Shown here: in pieces, positions 17,734 through 27,852 of the stretch
Numbering within the stretch: the first letter of the stretch is position 1
Layout of the letters: every line of letters starts with the position of its first letter
DNA from: a virus
IMG/VR virus record: IMGVR_UViG_3300025000_000077
Span: 1 to 64,000 of that record
Strand: one strand, 5' to 3'
DNA: 64,000 bases
Program-made: the position numbers and the translations under genes
The notes under the pieces: model-generated
The model's database searches: none
What the model saw: only the letters and a program-made list of their open reading frames with translations
Told to the model about the DNA's origin: nothing

Positions 17734-20435
17734 TGCCTGCAAATGTAACAATCAAAACAAGACGAGGAACTGCCGCCGAATGGGGGGCAACTAATCCCGT
17801 TCTGGCTGCGGGGGAATTTGGTTATGAGACCGACACCCATACCCTGAAAATAGGTGATGGTGTAACAGCTTTCAGATCCCTCCTGTCCCACGTCGCCGAG
17901 GTTTCTCCGTGGTGGGATTCTGCACCAATGCCCATTAATAGCGGCGTTATAACACTTTCAACAGATGGAAAAGTATTAGTCATGCCTACTGAAAGCGCGG
18001 CTGTACTCCCCTCTTATAACGAATACTGCAATACGAGGGCATCCTATTACGAATCTGCAAATACAGTAGAAGAAATTGATAACGATACATTCGATTTTTC
18101 CGGCAATATCATCAGAACAAGCCCGACTAATATTATGCTAATCTCTCGGCAGGGCACGCAGGAAACCGGTTCAAAAGGCTTCTTGTTCTCACAAAATTAT
18201 AATCTCTCAACCGGGGAATGGGGAGCACGTCAGACTGTCTATGATGATCCTGATCATATAGATGCAAGAAATTCAGTCAGTGGAATTATTGGAGATAATA
18301 TATATTTATTTTTCTCGCGGAATAAATATTCTCCATCCGTTAGAGCAAGTGGGATTACGGATGAATCTGGATATTTCTTAGTTCAAAAATATACATCATT
18401 CAGTCTCGTAGGGCAAACAAGCGTAGATCTGCTCGTACGTTCTACAATAGATTGTAATGTCCATGTTCAACTCAGAAACACAGATACCGAATACATCGGT
18501 TGGAGTGGTGTAGCTCATCCAATCATGGGCAGCCTGTATGCTAGGTTATCATTGCCAATCGCAACCCCAACGAGTGTTTCTGATAATTTTGATCCAGCGA
18601 CCGTAGTTAGAATCATAGTCGGTGTTGATGGCGCAGCAGCGAGTACAGCTATCCTATTTGATTTCGATGAAATCAGGTTGGTAAATGGAACGACAACAAC
18701 CGTAATTGATGATTGCAGCGCGGTAACTGGCTGGGAAGGGAATCTAGGCTCTGGATATGAATTCTCCCTCGTCTCAAACCAATGGATTGATACCGGTTAC
18801 ATAAAATCGACTGATCTCACCGGGGAATCATGGGGAGACTATACACTGTTTCCATCACCCGGGCTCAATGCATTTTCACAGCATGGGCATCTGGTCCAGA
18901 TAGATGCTTCAACTTATCTACTTCCGTTTTACGGTTCCTGGCAGGCCCCATTCAAAACAGGATACTATAAAACAACAGACGGTGGGGACACATGGGCGGT
19001 AAGCTGGATCTATTCAGGTGCAACTCAGTACTGTGAATCCTCGATAGAATATCTAGGCAATGGCAAACTAATTGTAATTGCCAGGAATGAAACGACTTAT
19101 AGAATGGGGCAGGCAACCAGTGAGGATTCCGGTGCAACGTGGACAGCAATGGCAGATACCAACCTGGGAATAGCTACGGGTGTAAAAATACCCCACACCT
19201 CTTATGATTCAGAGACAGATTCAATTACCTGCATATATACAGACAGGGGCGATTACGGGCTTAAGATCTCAACATCCTACGTTGACGATGTCTTTAGCAC
19301 TCCCACCGGATGGGCTGCAAGTACATTAATTGACGAGGGTGTGATCTATGGTTATGCTTCACTTTTAAAAATCTACTCTGATTTATACTTCTATATATAT
19401 TCTTTTGCTGAGTCCGAAAGCCATCAGTATCTCTTGAGTAGTTTTTATCATGTGCCTGCAATAAAACTAACAAAGACATTGCCATACATGGCGAAGCCTT
19501 GGTTGGCTCTTTATAACCCCACTGCCTCGATAATTGATTTCTATCTATTTTCCCACCTGCCCACTGATATCTCATTTACGAGAGACGCAGCAGGGACAGT
19601 CACCGAGCTTTCTATTACTCCCGGTCTGGGTGAGGTGCGTCATGGACAGATTACGTATGTGGGATTGACTACAGATACTAACTCAAACCTGATCCCGGAT
19701 TGCCTTGAAGCGAATGTCACCGGATCAGTTCCAAAATATTTAGAAAATTATACAATGTCAGGGGAATATGGTATCCTTTCAGTCTATTCCTCTGAATCGG
19801 TTGCAGCTTCCACGACTACAAGCTCTACGTATCAGGATATAAGAGGTTCATCATATGCTAATATATATATCCGAAATGCTACCAGCACAAACTTAACCGT
19901 TAATGTTTATGGTTCTCCTGATTCAGCAGGCATTTTAAAGGCACTTATTGGTACTACCACACTAAATGCAACCACGTCAACACAGGACGAAATAGAACTT
20001 GATAACTGTCCAAATTATCTATTCTTTGATTTGGTAAACAGTGACTCTGTAAACGCTGCCACAGTTGATATCTCCATACAGAGATCAGTAACTACTGATG
20101 TAGTCGGACCATATGCCGATGTCCTCACAGTCTATTCTTCTGAATCGGTTGCAGCCTCCACCACCACAAGTTCCACCGGTCAGGACGTCAGAGGCGCGTC
20201 TTTTGTAATTCCGTATGTTAAAAATGCTACAAGTACCGATCTAACAGTAAATATTTATGGGAGTTATGATTTAGCCGGAACGATAAAATCTCTAGTCCGT
20301 TCGTATGCTCTGAATACGACAACAACGCAAGCAGGATCTCCATTGACGAATTGTCCAAATTATCTATTCTTTGATTTGGTAAATGGCGATTCTTCAAACG
20401 CCGCTACTGTAGATGTTTCAGTTCAGAGGGGTTGA
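17733..20435 (+). CDS. Fibre protein: Mtd/hyaluronidase N-terminal domain, BNR/sialidase-like propeller and duplicated C-terminal domain
   Basis: RRGTAAEWGATNPVLAAGEFGYETDTHTLKIGDG; Asp-boxes TTDGGDTW, SEDSGATW, STDLTGESW. Confidence 0.8.
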   Translation: MPANVTIKTRRGTAAEWGATNPVLAAGEFGYETDTHTLKIGDGVTAFRSLLSHVAEVSPWWDSAPMPINSGVITLSTDGKVLVMPTESAAVLPSYNEYCNTRASYYESANTVEEIDNDTFDFSGNIIRTSPTNIMLISRQGTQETGSKGFLFSQNYNLSTGEWGARQTVYDDPDHIDARNSVSGIIGDNIYLFFSRNKYSPSVRASGITDESGYFLVQKYTSFSLVGQTSVDLLVRSTIDCNVHVQLRNTDTEYIGWSGVAHPIMGSLYARLSLPIATPTSVSDNFDPATVVRIIVGVDGAAASTAILFDFDEIRLVNGTTTTVIDDCSAVTGWEGNLGSGYEFSLVSNQWIDTGYIKSTDLTGESWGDYTLFPSPGLNAFSQHGHLVQIDASTYLLPFYGSWQAPFKTGYYKTTDGGDTWAVSWIYSGATQYCESSIEYLGNGKLIVIARNETTYRMGQATSEDSGATWTAMADTNLGIATGVKIPHTSYDSETDSITCIYTDRGDYGLKISTSYVDDVFSTPTGWAASTLIDEGVIYGYASLLKIYSDLYFYIYSFAESESHQYLLSSFYHVPAIKLTKTLPYMAKPWLALYNPTASIIDFYLFSHLPTDISFTRDAAGTVTELSITPGLGEVRHGQITYVGLTTDTNSNLIPDCLEANVTGSVPKYLENYTMSGEYGILSVYSSESVAASTTTSSTYQDIRGSSYANIYIRNATSTNLTVNVYGSPDSAGILKALIGTTTLNATTSTQDEIELDNCPNYLFFDLVNSDSVNAATVDISIQRSVTTDVVGPYADVLTVYSSESVAASTTTSSTGQDVRGASFVIPYVKNATSTDLTVNIYGSYDLAGTIKSLVRSYALNTTTTQAGSPLTNCPNYLFFDLVNGDSSNAATVDVSVQRG
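19781..20420 (+). repeat. Tandem duplication of an approximately 115-aa domain within the fibre gene
   Basis: VYSSESVAASTTTSST...NCPNYLFFDLVN occurs twice; TGTCCAAATTATCTATTCTTTGATTTGGTAAA is identical in both copies. Confidence 0.85.
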
Positions 20436-23400
20436 GCATGAAACGTATGAAACCCTCTTCACCGTTTGGAAGGTTGGATTTTCAAGGTGATTCGATCACT
20501 CTTGATACAGAAGGGAAAGTCCTTGTCCTGCCTACTGGCGACGTGGATGTACTACCTCTATACAATGAATATACTCTCAATCCGAATCGCCTGACCACTG
20601 CCGAAAGCCCATTCGGGGGGCTGAAAGGCTCCCAAGCTGCGGATTTTTGTCCGGGCACTATATACAGTCACACAACCGGAGTACAAATAACAGACCTGTC
20701 AGGCACAAACGGAACGCACACAATGAGCGCAGGGAAACTAAACGAGTTAAGCCTGTTGACAGTTGATACTGAAAATCATACAATCACGCAAGAGTTCAAC
20801 ATCACAAATTATAATCAATTCGGCACAATAATTGATGATTGTACCAGTACAACAGACTGGACTCCATATTTAAGCACAGGCGATTTTTCTATATCAAACG
20901 GATTATTATTTACGGGAACAACGTCACCCGCAGGGCATTCAATTTGTTCAAAAGAAGTTTCTATTGATCTCTCAAATATCAAATTTTTAACATTTACGAT
21001 AACGTCCTCAATTGCCGGCAATCTATATGTCAGGCTGATTGATGTAAGCGGCAACTTCGTCACTTGGATGACAAGTTCGAATTTTTCGATATCAGCTAAC
21101 ACAGAAACACGTTTTACACTTCCAATCAAAGCCATTTCGGGATCAGTTGGTTCATTACCTACCGGTAGAACCAGTACTGTGGATTTTTCTCAAATAGTCA
21201 CAATGCGAATCGGTGTTTCAACTGAGGCAATGTCATCATCTATCACGATACTCCTAAACGAAATAAAAGGAGCGAATGAGACATCGGCATACATTGAACT
21301 CATGGTTCCCGATAACCTCTCTGCAACTTCAGCTAATCTTTTCACTCACGATGGTACACAGTATAATTTATGTCGCTCAGATTCCCTCGATTCCGCATAC
21401 TCAAATGTCACTCAAACATCAGCAAACGCAACTCTCGCAGACGGCACGAAATTCGATGATGTCTATACAACAGGACTAGGGAGATCCGTTTACCCAAAAG
21501 GAGAAGCAGGGGGCACTAAAAACGGGTCGATAGGATCAATAACGTATTCAGATTACGCTGGCACTCTAAAAAGAATAGGATATAGATTTGATTTACCTCC
21601 TTATGATGGAGGCAGAACGCTTTTTGACACCGTGAAATGCACAATTGTAATTAATTATGCTCCCGATTCAGACGGAATTTACTCAGCATCTTACAATTTC
21701 TCATACTCGGAGAACGACTCCTACGGGATTCTAAACATGGCATGTCCTTGGTTAGCTCTATACGATTCTGTATCCGATGTGATTGATTTTTATTTGTCAA
21801 CTTCTAGGTTTGAACACTTAAAATTAAAAAGGGATGAAGCTGGAACAATTCACGATATTACATTATACCCTGGAAATGGTCAAATATATCACGGTCAAAT
21901 TAGATATGCCGATTTGTCTGCTGATTCAGATTCTGATGGAATCCCTAACTGTTTGGATAATTTTATAGAAGGAAGTGTATCAAAATTTTTAGCGTGTTAT
22001 AGCGAGCCAGTACAAACACCATATCCTATATTTGGTTTTTGGAAGTGGAGTGTTTCAACAGACGATTATCAGCCCACTTGGAACAAACTTGCATATGTAT
22101 CATGCAATCACTTTGAACCAACATCCACGGGCACATTCACCGACCCAGTTAGTATGGATATTTTTATTTCGGTTCGTGATCAAGCACACCTAAACGGGAA
22201 AAAGTCAATTCTTGCGGTAGGTTGCGGAGATCAAGATATAATTGATAGCATACTGGAGAATTATACTCAAGATTTTGCAACAAATTTATTATCAGTTATT
22301 CAAAATAATAATTGTGACGGGGTAACTATAGATTTTGAATATCCACGCGCTACAAATACGATTACAGGTACATCAAATACCCCACTATTCCAAAATTTGA
22401 TGTCTGCTATATATACAACACTCAAAACAAGCAATCCAGATTATTATGTATCTGTGTGTTCTCCGAATGCCCCGAGTGCTCTATTCCAAAACAGCGAACT
22501 TTATCAGTATTTAGATCATGTTTTTATCATGGGATATGACTACCACAATGCAAATGCAAGCACCGCAGGCCCTTGTGCTCCTTATGATGACTCTATGAGG
22601 TATGATATCAATGACGCTATATCAGCCTACTTAAAATGTGCTCCACAAGATAAATTCATTTTCGGGCTGCCTCTATACGGTTTTGATTATCCAACGGTTT
22701 CAGACACACCCGGAGCCGCTACCACAGGAGGAGCAAATTATGTCCCAATTTCAACTGCATTCACAAATTCCGAGGGGAAAACTGTGGCATGGGATCAATA
22801 CTCACACACTCCATATTATATTTATCAGGACGGGGAGCAATGGAGGCAGGTGTGGTATGATAATATCGCATCACTCCAATTGAAATATAATTATATAATG
22901 TCGCGCGGTCTCTATGGTGTTGGATGGTGGGCACTTGGTTACGAAATCAATAACCCGGAAATACTCTCTAGCATATATAATAATTCAAAAAATAAATTAA
23001 ATATTATAAATGGGATTACATCTGGAAATTATTGCACAGGCGAAACTGTAAGCATAAGGGCATATCCACCAAGAGGTTATGTATTCGATCACTGGATAGG
23101 GGACACAACCCGGATAACTGATCCAACGGTGTACTATACTAATATCCCGTACATGCCTGCAAATGAGGTTAATTTGGAGTGTATATGCACATCGTTTTCT
23201 AGTACATGGTATAATGCATCGTGGGGGCACCGCATTGAAATTGCGACAGACCCGTATTTCGTAAGTGCAGCACAGACAGGCATTCCGTTTTTCGTTTCTA
23301 TTCAAAATGATAGTCTCAAAACATCTCCAACTGGTCATGTTGCAAATGCTAACGGATATGATATTATATTTGTTGCAGTTGATGGGACAACTGTACTCGA

Positions 23401-24103
23401 CCATATAATTAAATCATATAATGGTACAACCGGGACAATCGAGGCGTATGTAAATTTACCTTCGCTTTCCTCAACTAATAACACTGTTTTTTATATGTAT
23501 TACGGAAACGCGAGTATAACAGAATCTCAAGAGGATGCAGTCAACACGTTTGATTCAGATTATCTCTTGAAGTGGTACGCGGAGGCCGTGTTCCCACAAG
23601 AAACGACTTATACAGGTGATTTATCAGGTATCCCAGCGGCATTCACGGTATCTGCGAAAATAAAACCATCTGGATCTGGCTGGAGATATATATTCACAAA
23701 CAATGGGGTTGGAAATGACGGATACCGGCTCTGTATAAACGATACTAATTATTTGACGTTCACTCTCGCAACCGTTTCAGATTATGTATTTTCAGGTATA
23801 TCACAACTTGAAAACGATTATGAGTACTATATCTCAATCGTTGTTGCTGGTGGCAACGCAACCGCTTATGTGACAAGAGAAGGCTGTGAAACTGAAACTC
23901 AAATAAAAGGAGCTGGGACTATGGTAGGCACGCCTGCTCATTATACAGTAGGTGAAAATTACAATGGTGACGATTTTACAGGAACTATATATGAGGTGGT
24001 TGTATCCGACACGGTAAGATCGGCGTCCTGGTTGAGAACTCTCGCAAAAAACAGAGTTAATGGGAAATCTTGTATAGCGTATGACGAAGAAACAAACACA
24101 TGA
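20432..24103 (+). CDS. Multi-domain fibre with GH18 (chitinase-like) domain, DUF2341 and LamG-like domain
   Basis: DGVTIDFEYP, FIMGYD, GLPLYG, WYDN..SL..K, GVGWWALGYE (GH18); WYNASWGHRIEI...DIIFV...YMYYGN (DUF2341). Confidence 0.8.
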   Translation: MSMKRMKPSSPFGRLDFQGDSITLDTEGKVLVLPTGDVDVLPLYNEYTLNPNRLTTAESPFGGLKGSQAADFCPGTIYSHTTGVQITDLSGTNGTHTMSAGKLNELSLLTVDTENHTITQEFNITNYNQFGTIIDDCTSTTDWTPYLSTGDFSISNGLLFTGTTSPAGHSICSKEVSIDLSNIKFLTFTITSSIAGNLYVRLIDVSGNFVTWMTSSNFSISANTETRFTLPIKAISGSVGSLPTGRTSTVDFSQIVTMRIGVSTEAMSSSITILLNEIKGANETSAYIELMVPDNLSATSANLFTHDGTQYNLCRSDSLDSAYSNVTQTSANATLADGTKFDDVYTTGLGRSVYPKGEAGGTKNGSIGSITYSDYAGTLKRIGYRFDLPPYDGGRTLFDTVKCTIVINYAPDSDGIYSASYNFSYSENDSYGILNMACPWLALYDSVSDVIDFYLSTSRFEHLKLKRDEAGTIHDITLYPGNGQIYHGQIRYADLSADSDSDGIPNCLDNFIEGSVSKFLACYSEPVQTPYPIFGFWKWSVSTDDYQPTWNKLAYVSCNHFEPTSTGTFTDPVSMDIFISVRDQAHLNGKKSILAVGCGDQDIIDSILENYTQDFATNLLSVIQNNNCDGVTIDFEYPRATNTITGTSNTPLFQNLMSAIYTTLKTSNPDYYVSVCSPNAPSALFQNSELYQYLDHVFIMGYDYHNANASTAGPCAPYDDSMRYDINDAISAYLKCAPQDKFIFGLPLYGFDYPTVSDTPGAATTGGANYVPISTAFTNSEGKTVAWDQYSHTPYYIYQDGEQWRQVWYDNIASLQLKYNYIMSRGLYGVGWWALGYEINNPEILSSIYNNSKNKLNIINGITSGNYCTGETVSIRAYPPRGYVFDHWIGDTTRITDPTVYYTNIPYMPANEVNLECICTSFSSTWYNASWGHRIEIATDPYFVSAAQTGIPFFVSIQNDSLKTSPTGHVANANGYDIIFVAVDGTTVLDHIIKSYNGTTGTIEAYVNLPSLSSTNNTVFYMYYGNASITESQEDAVNTFDSDYLLKWYAEAVFPQETTYTGDLSGIPAAFTVSAKIKPSGSGWRYIFTNNGVGNDGYRLCINDTNYLTFTLATVSDYVFSGISQLENDYEYYISIVVAGGNATAYVTREGCETETQIKGAGTMVGTPAHYTVGENYNGDDFTGTIYEVVVSDTVRSASWLRTLAKNRVNGKSCIAYDEETNT

Positions 24104-24234
24104 AATAGGCTGGGCATGACTCAGGTATGTAGCACTTGCCAGCACTTTCAGGAAGATACAGTCGCTTTTGCAAAAATTGATGATAATACAGGATTACGAG
24201 AATACCTGGTTGGCACGATAGAGAGGAGTGAAAA

Positions 24235-24885
24235 ATGAACCAAATTGTAGGAACCTCTAAAAAACACACATTCAAAGCATATGACACTCTCGGAGCAGAG
24301 GTCACGACCCTTACAGATCCAGTGGTAAAATATAGAATAGATGGAGGAGATAAAACAACTCTCTCCACACCCACAATCTCAGCTTATGATTCTGATATGC
24401 GGGATTTTCTAATTACTGTACCGGATACACTGGCGGCAAATCCATATGTTACCATTTCGCTTTCTATCACTGCGACAGAAGGGGCCGCTGATATCCTAAT
24501 AGACGTTTTTCCTCTCTTAACACTTGCCGCAATTAATGCAGAGGTAGACACCGCCCTTTCTGATTTTGATACCGCAACCCCGATAGCAAAAACGTCAGAG
24601 CTCTCAGGGTACAATACGGAAAATGTAATCCCTCGCGGTTATTATGCTCTCGATGTTACTGCAAAAACAATCACGCTTTCGAGTCCTTATAATACTTTAA
24701 CAGTTGAGCAGATCCTCAGAATAAAAGATCTCACTACTAATTATATAATTTACGACTGCGAGGATTCAAAATATTCAACCCTCCCGATCTCAATAACATC
24801 CGGTGTTCTAACATACACAGCACCAGCAAGGGACGCAGCAGATAACGATGCACTCCAGATATTCTTTAATGCGGAGCTAGCATGA
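24235..24885 (+). CDS. Structural protein
   Basis: GAGGAG RBS; C-terminus paralogous to 17063-17410. Confidence 0.6.
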   Translation: MNQIVGTSKKHTFKAYDTLGAEVTTLTDPVVKYRIDGGDKTTLSTPTISAYDSDMRDFLITVPDTLAANPYVTISLSITATEGAADILIDVFPLLTLAAINAEVDTALSDFDTATPIAKTSELSGYNTENVIPRGYYALDVTAKTITLSSPYNTLTVEQILRIKDLTTNYIIYDCEDSKYSTLPISITSGVLTYTAPARDAADNDALQIFFNAELA

Positions 24886-25319
24886 CACTAGCTGATATCA
24901 TCGAGTTATATTCTCAGTACCGAGTAGGATCAGCAGAAACAGATGATATCACAGATGCCCAATTATCCACCCTGAAAACAAACGCAGAAGCCCGTCTAGC
25001 TAGGATCATAAGCTCCCGTACATTCTCAGCCGGGGAACTTGAAGAACTCACCGCGTTTCTTGTATGTGATGTTCTTGAAAATAGACATGGGAAAGGGACA
25101 ATAGTCTCTGAAAGTGTCAAAGATGCTTCATGGAAATCACAAGTTAAAACTTCTTCGTCCTGGCTGGATAGAGTTTATGCGGTCCTGTCAGAATACGACG
25201 CTGAACATGGAGAAATAACAGATATCTCGGCAGCCGCAGACGTGGGAGGAGTTCGGAGAACTGATTCTTATGTGCCTGAGCTGATGCAAGGGTATACAGA
25301 CGAATATGAGGGTGTTTGA
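24882..25319 (+). CDS. Head-tail connector/adaptor
   Basis: Size, position and IVSESVKDASW motif. Confidence 0.6.
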   Translation: MTLADIIELYSQYRVGSAETDDITDAQLSTLKTNAEARLARIISSRTFSAGELEELTAFLVCDVLENRHGKGTIVSESVKDASWKSQVKTSSSWLDRVYAVLSEYDAEHGEITDISAAADVGGVRRTDSYVPELMQGYTDEYEGV

Positions 25320-25639
25320 TGGACTTTCCTGACACTGTTACAGTTTACCCATTCTCCTCGAAGAATGCATCACATGAAGTTTCTTACGGGACTTCCAGAA
25401 CTCAGAAATGTAATTATACAGAACTCGTGGAAGTCTCACAAGAAGGTGACAATACTATAGTTTCCGCATGGGTTGCGTTTCCTCCCGGAACTTCAATTAC
25501 ACAACAAGATAAAATAGTTTTAGCTGATGGGTCTATTCCTGCGATATCCTCTATTAAGCGGGTCGATAGACCAACGAGAAAAAAAGAGGAATATGTCAGG
25601 GTTGTTCTTGGAAAACCGGAAGCGAGGGCGGACTTATGA
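25316..25639 (+). CDS. Head closure protein
   Basis: Size, position; TVTVY...PPGTSITQQDKIVL. Confidence 0.6.
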   Translation: MMDFPDTVTVYPFSSKNASHEVSYGTSRTQKCNYTELVEVSQEGDNTIVSAWVAFPPGTSITQQDKIVLADGSIPAISSIKRVDRPTRKKEEYVRVVLGKPEARADL

Positions 25640-25974
25640 CGGCTGCAACCTGTATAGCTAATCTGGTAATGACTGCGAACAGAATAGACAAGGACGCAAG
25701 AGCCGCAGCAAAAGAAACTGCAGACGAAGTAATGTCTGAATCCAAAGAACGATATTGCCCGGTTGATACAGGTGAACTCAAAGGATCGGGGAAAGTCGAG
25801 GTTGTAAAAAACTCCATAATCGAATTCCACGTGAGATTATCATACTCAACCCAGTATGCAATATACGTTCACGAAATCCCGTATCATCACAATCACGGAT
25901 CATGGAAATATCTTTCAATCCCGTTTAATAAGGCCAATTTTATACAGAAAATTGCATCACGGGTGAGTCTGTGA
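25636..25974 (+). CDS. HK97 gp10-like neck/tail completion protein
   Basis: CPVDTGELKGS...YAIYVHE...KYL. Confidence 0.8.
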   Translation: MTAATCIANLVMTANRIDKDARAAAKETADEVMSESKERYCPVDTGELKGSGKVEVVKNSIIEFHVRLSYSTQYAIYVHEIPYHHNHGSWKYLSIPFNKANFIQKIASRVSL

Positions 25975-26363
25975 CAATCGAAACTTATCTCACCGATCTT
26001 GGCACATATCTCCAAACCGCGGGAATCGGAACTGTAAATACCGACATTCATTTTTTCGGTCTTGCGTCCAATGCCACCAACGATATTACCCTTTCCCCGT
26101 TTCCGGGTGCTGAATACAACAGAATCATATCAGGAGAGATAAACCCTTACTCCCCGGATCTCAGCATTATAGTAAGAAATACAAGCGGGGCGGCTGCATT
26201 GTCAAAAGCAACGTCCATATATAAACTTCTGAGGGATGTTTCCAATAGAACAATAGGTTCGACTCATTTCCTGGTGATCCAGGCGCAAGCACCCCCGAGT
26301 TTCATATCAAAAACTCAAAATTATTTTCTATTTTCAATTAATTTCTCATTGTTGATACAGTAA
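25971..26363 (+). CDS. Tail terminator (minor capsid-like) protein
   Basis: DLGTYLQTAGIG...PDLSIIVR...FSINF; directly before the tail tube gene. Confidence 0.65.
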   Translation: MTIETYLTDLGTYLQTAGIGTVNTDIHFFGLASNATNDITLSPFPGAEYNRIISGEINPYSPDLSIIVRNTSGAAALSKATSIYKLLRDVSNRTIGSTHFLVIQAQAPPSFISKTQNYFLFSINFSLLIQ

Positions 26364-26391
26364 AATAAAAAAAAGAACGGAGCTAAAAAAA

Positions 26392-27099
26392 ATGGTATAT
26401 GTGAACAGCGCGGCAACCGTGGCTAGAGGCGTAATCGTAAAAATAAACGGCGTGGCAATCGCTGAAATTATTGACGAAGGTATCCCTAAACCACAAACCA
26501 CTACAGACGACATCGAAGTAACAAATCAGGATTCCGGAGACTGGAAGGAATATAAAGCGGGTAGGAAGGACGGGGGAGAAACTGAGATTAAGGGTCACGC
26601 GGTCCCATCAGACCAGGGACAGACCGATCTAGCGGCAGCAGCAGCAGCCGGGTCCACGTGCCTTTTTAGAGTGGATTTCCCGTCAGGTTCTTATCTTACT
26701 TTCAACGGGACAGTCAAAACGTTCGATACATATGTAGAAGGGCAAATCCTTGTGTTTACCTCAAAAGTAAAAATATCAGGGGCCCCTTCGTTCTCGTCCA
26801 CCAAGAGCGCGTTGACTACCCCATACTTCTCGGCTGCATCCTCGACCTCGGTATTCCCGGCGGCATCTGGTACAGAAGGCACTTATGTAATTAATTTTGC
26901 AAACGGTACTGCCAGTACTAAAATTACTCCTACTGCAACAGCCGGCGTAATCCAGGTCAATGGTGTAACAGTTGGGACCGGCGCAGAATCTGCCTCTATA
27001 GATCTCACAGCCGGGGCAATCGTGGAATGTACGGTAACCATACAGGAAACAACAAAAGCAGTAAGTGTGTACAAATTGCTTCTCTGCAGAGCTGCGTGA
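26392..27099 (+). CDS. Major tail tube protein with C-terminal Ig/cadherin-like domain
   Basis: DIEVTNQDSGDWKEYKAGRKDGG...FTSKVKISGAP followed by a beta-sandwich. Confidence 0.85.
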   Translation: MVYVNSAATVARGVIVKINGVAIAEIIDEGIPKPQTTTDDIEVTNQDSGDWKEYKAGRKDGGETEIKGHAVPSDQGQTDLAAAAAAGSTCLFRVDFPSGSYLTFNGTVKTFDTYVEGQILVFTSKVKISGAPSFSSTKSALTTPYFSAASSTSVFPAASGTEGTYVINFANGTASTKITPTATAGVIQVNGVTVGTGAESASIDLTAGAIVECTVTIQETTKAVSVYKLLLCRAA

Positions 27100-27110
27100 G
27101 GTGTTGAAAA

Positions 27111-27464
27111 ATGCCTCTAAAATCAATTCCTTTTTTTGGAGAGTATTCTCTTCGGTACGGATGGTCAGGAATAGAAGCAATTATGGAAGTGTTAGGAAAT
27201 CCGACATTCCAAGAATTTGATAAAATAATTGCAAGAATGGAACTAAAAACAGTCCGCCTCGTCATTTGGGCTGGACTGATTCATGACAAGCCATTCCTGA
27301 AAAACGAAGATGTGTACGAGCTCCTTGATGAATATCTCGGTGAGCACAGTTTCAAGGACCTGGTAGATGTGATGACAAGGGCACTATCCGAAGCCAATAT
27401 TATCACTCAGAATCTCCGGGAAAGCGCAGGGGAAGAAACCGACCCTTTACCTTTGGAGAATTGA
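27111..27464 (+). CDS. Tail assembly chaperone (G)
   Basis: Between tail tube and tape measure genes; ends with a slippery site. Confidence 0.75.
   Translation: MPLKSIPFFGEYSLRYGWSGIEAIMEVLGNPTFQEFDKIIARMELKTVRLVIWAGLIHDKPFLKNEDVYELLDEYLGEHSFKDLVDVMTRALSEANIITQNLRESAGEETDPLPLEN
27443..27449 (+). other. Programmed -1 frameshift heptamer C CCT TTA
   Basis: X XXY YYZ in the correct frame; the -1 frame runs open into 27461-27787. Confidence 0.75.
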
Positions 27465-27787
27465 TCACAAACACTCAAAAGACACTATACAAGCTATGTG
27501 GGGTTACACCCATTGAATTCTGGACATACACCCCCGCGGAAACTAACATCATGATAGAAGCGGCAGTCGAAAACCGAACCGAAGAGTCAGATTTTAATCT
27601 TGCTCTAAACGCCAGGCTCTGCGCTGTAATCCTGAACGCAAACGGTGTCCAAAAAAAGAATAAGAAACCTTTCGAGATGAAAGACTTTCTCCCGGAAGAA
27701 AACAGCAAGCGCGCGCCCCATTCAGTTGAAGATATCGAATTGATGATCAGGAACGCAACTATTGCAGCAGGAGGAAATGTATCATGA
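27461..27787 (+). CDS. Tail assembly chaperone frameshift extension (T)
   Basis: -1 frame relative to 27111; GVTPIEFWTYTPAE motif. Confidence 0.75.
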   Translation: MITNTQKTLYKLCGVTPIEFWTYTPAETNIMIEAAVENRTEESDFNLALNARLCAVILNANGVQKKNKKPFEMKDFLPEENSKRAPHSVEDIELMIRNATIAAGGNVS

Positions 27788-27852
27788 TATACGTTTCTAC
27801 CTGTTTTTTGCACTGAGGGGATAGCCTCAAAGAGTTAAAAACGGTGATCTAA

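Noticed and set aside
17733-20435. Diversity-generating retroelement, suggested by the Mtd-type N-terminal domain and an internal repeat
   Set aside because: No reverse transcriptase in the window; the two repeat copies are both in-frame coding and their differences are not adenine-specific.
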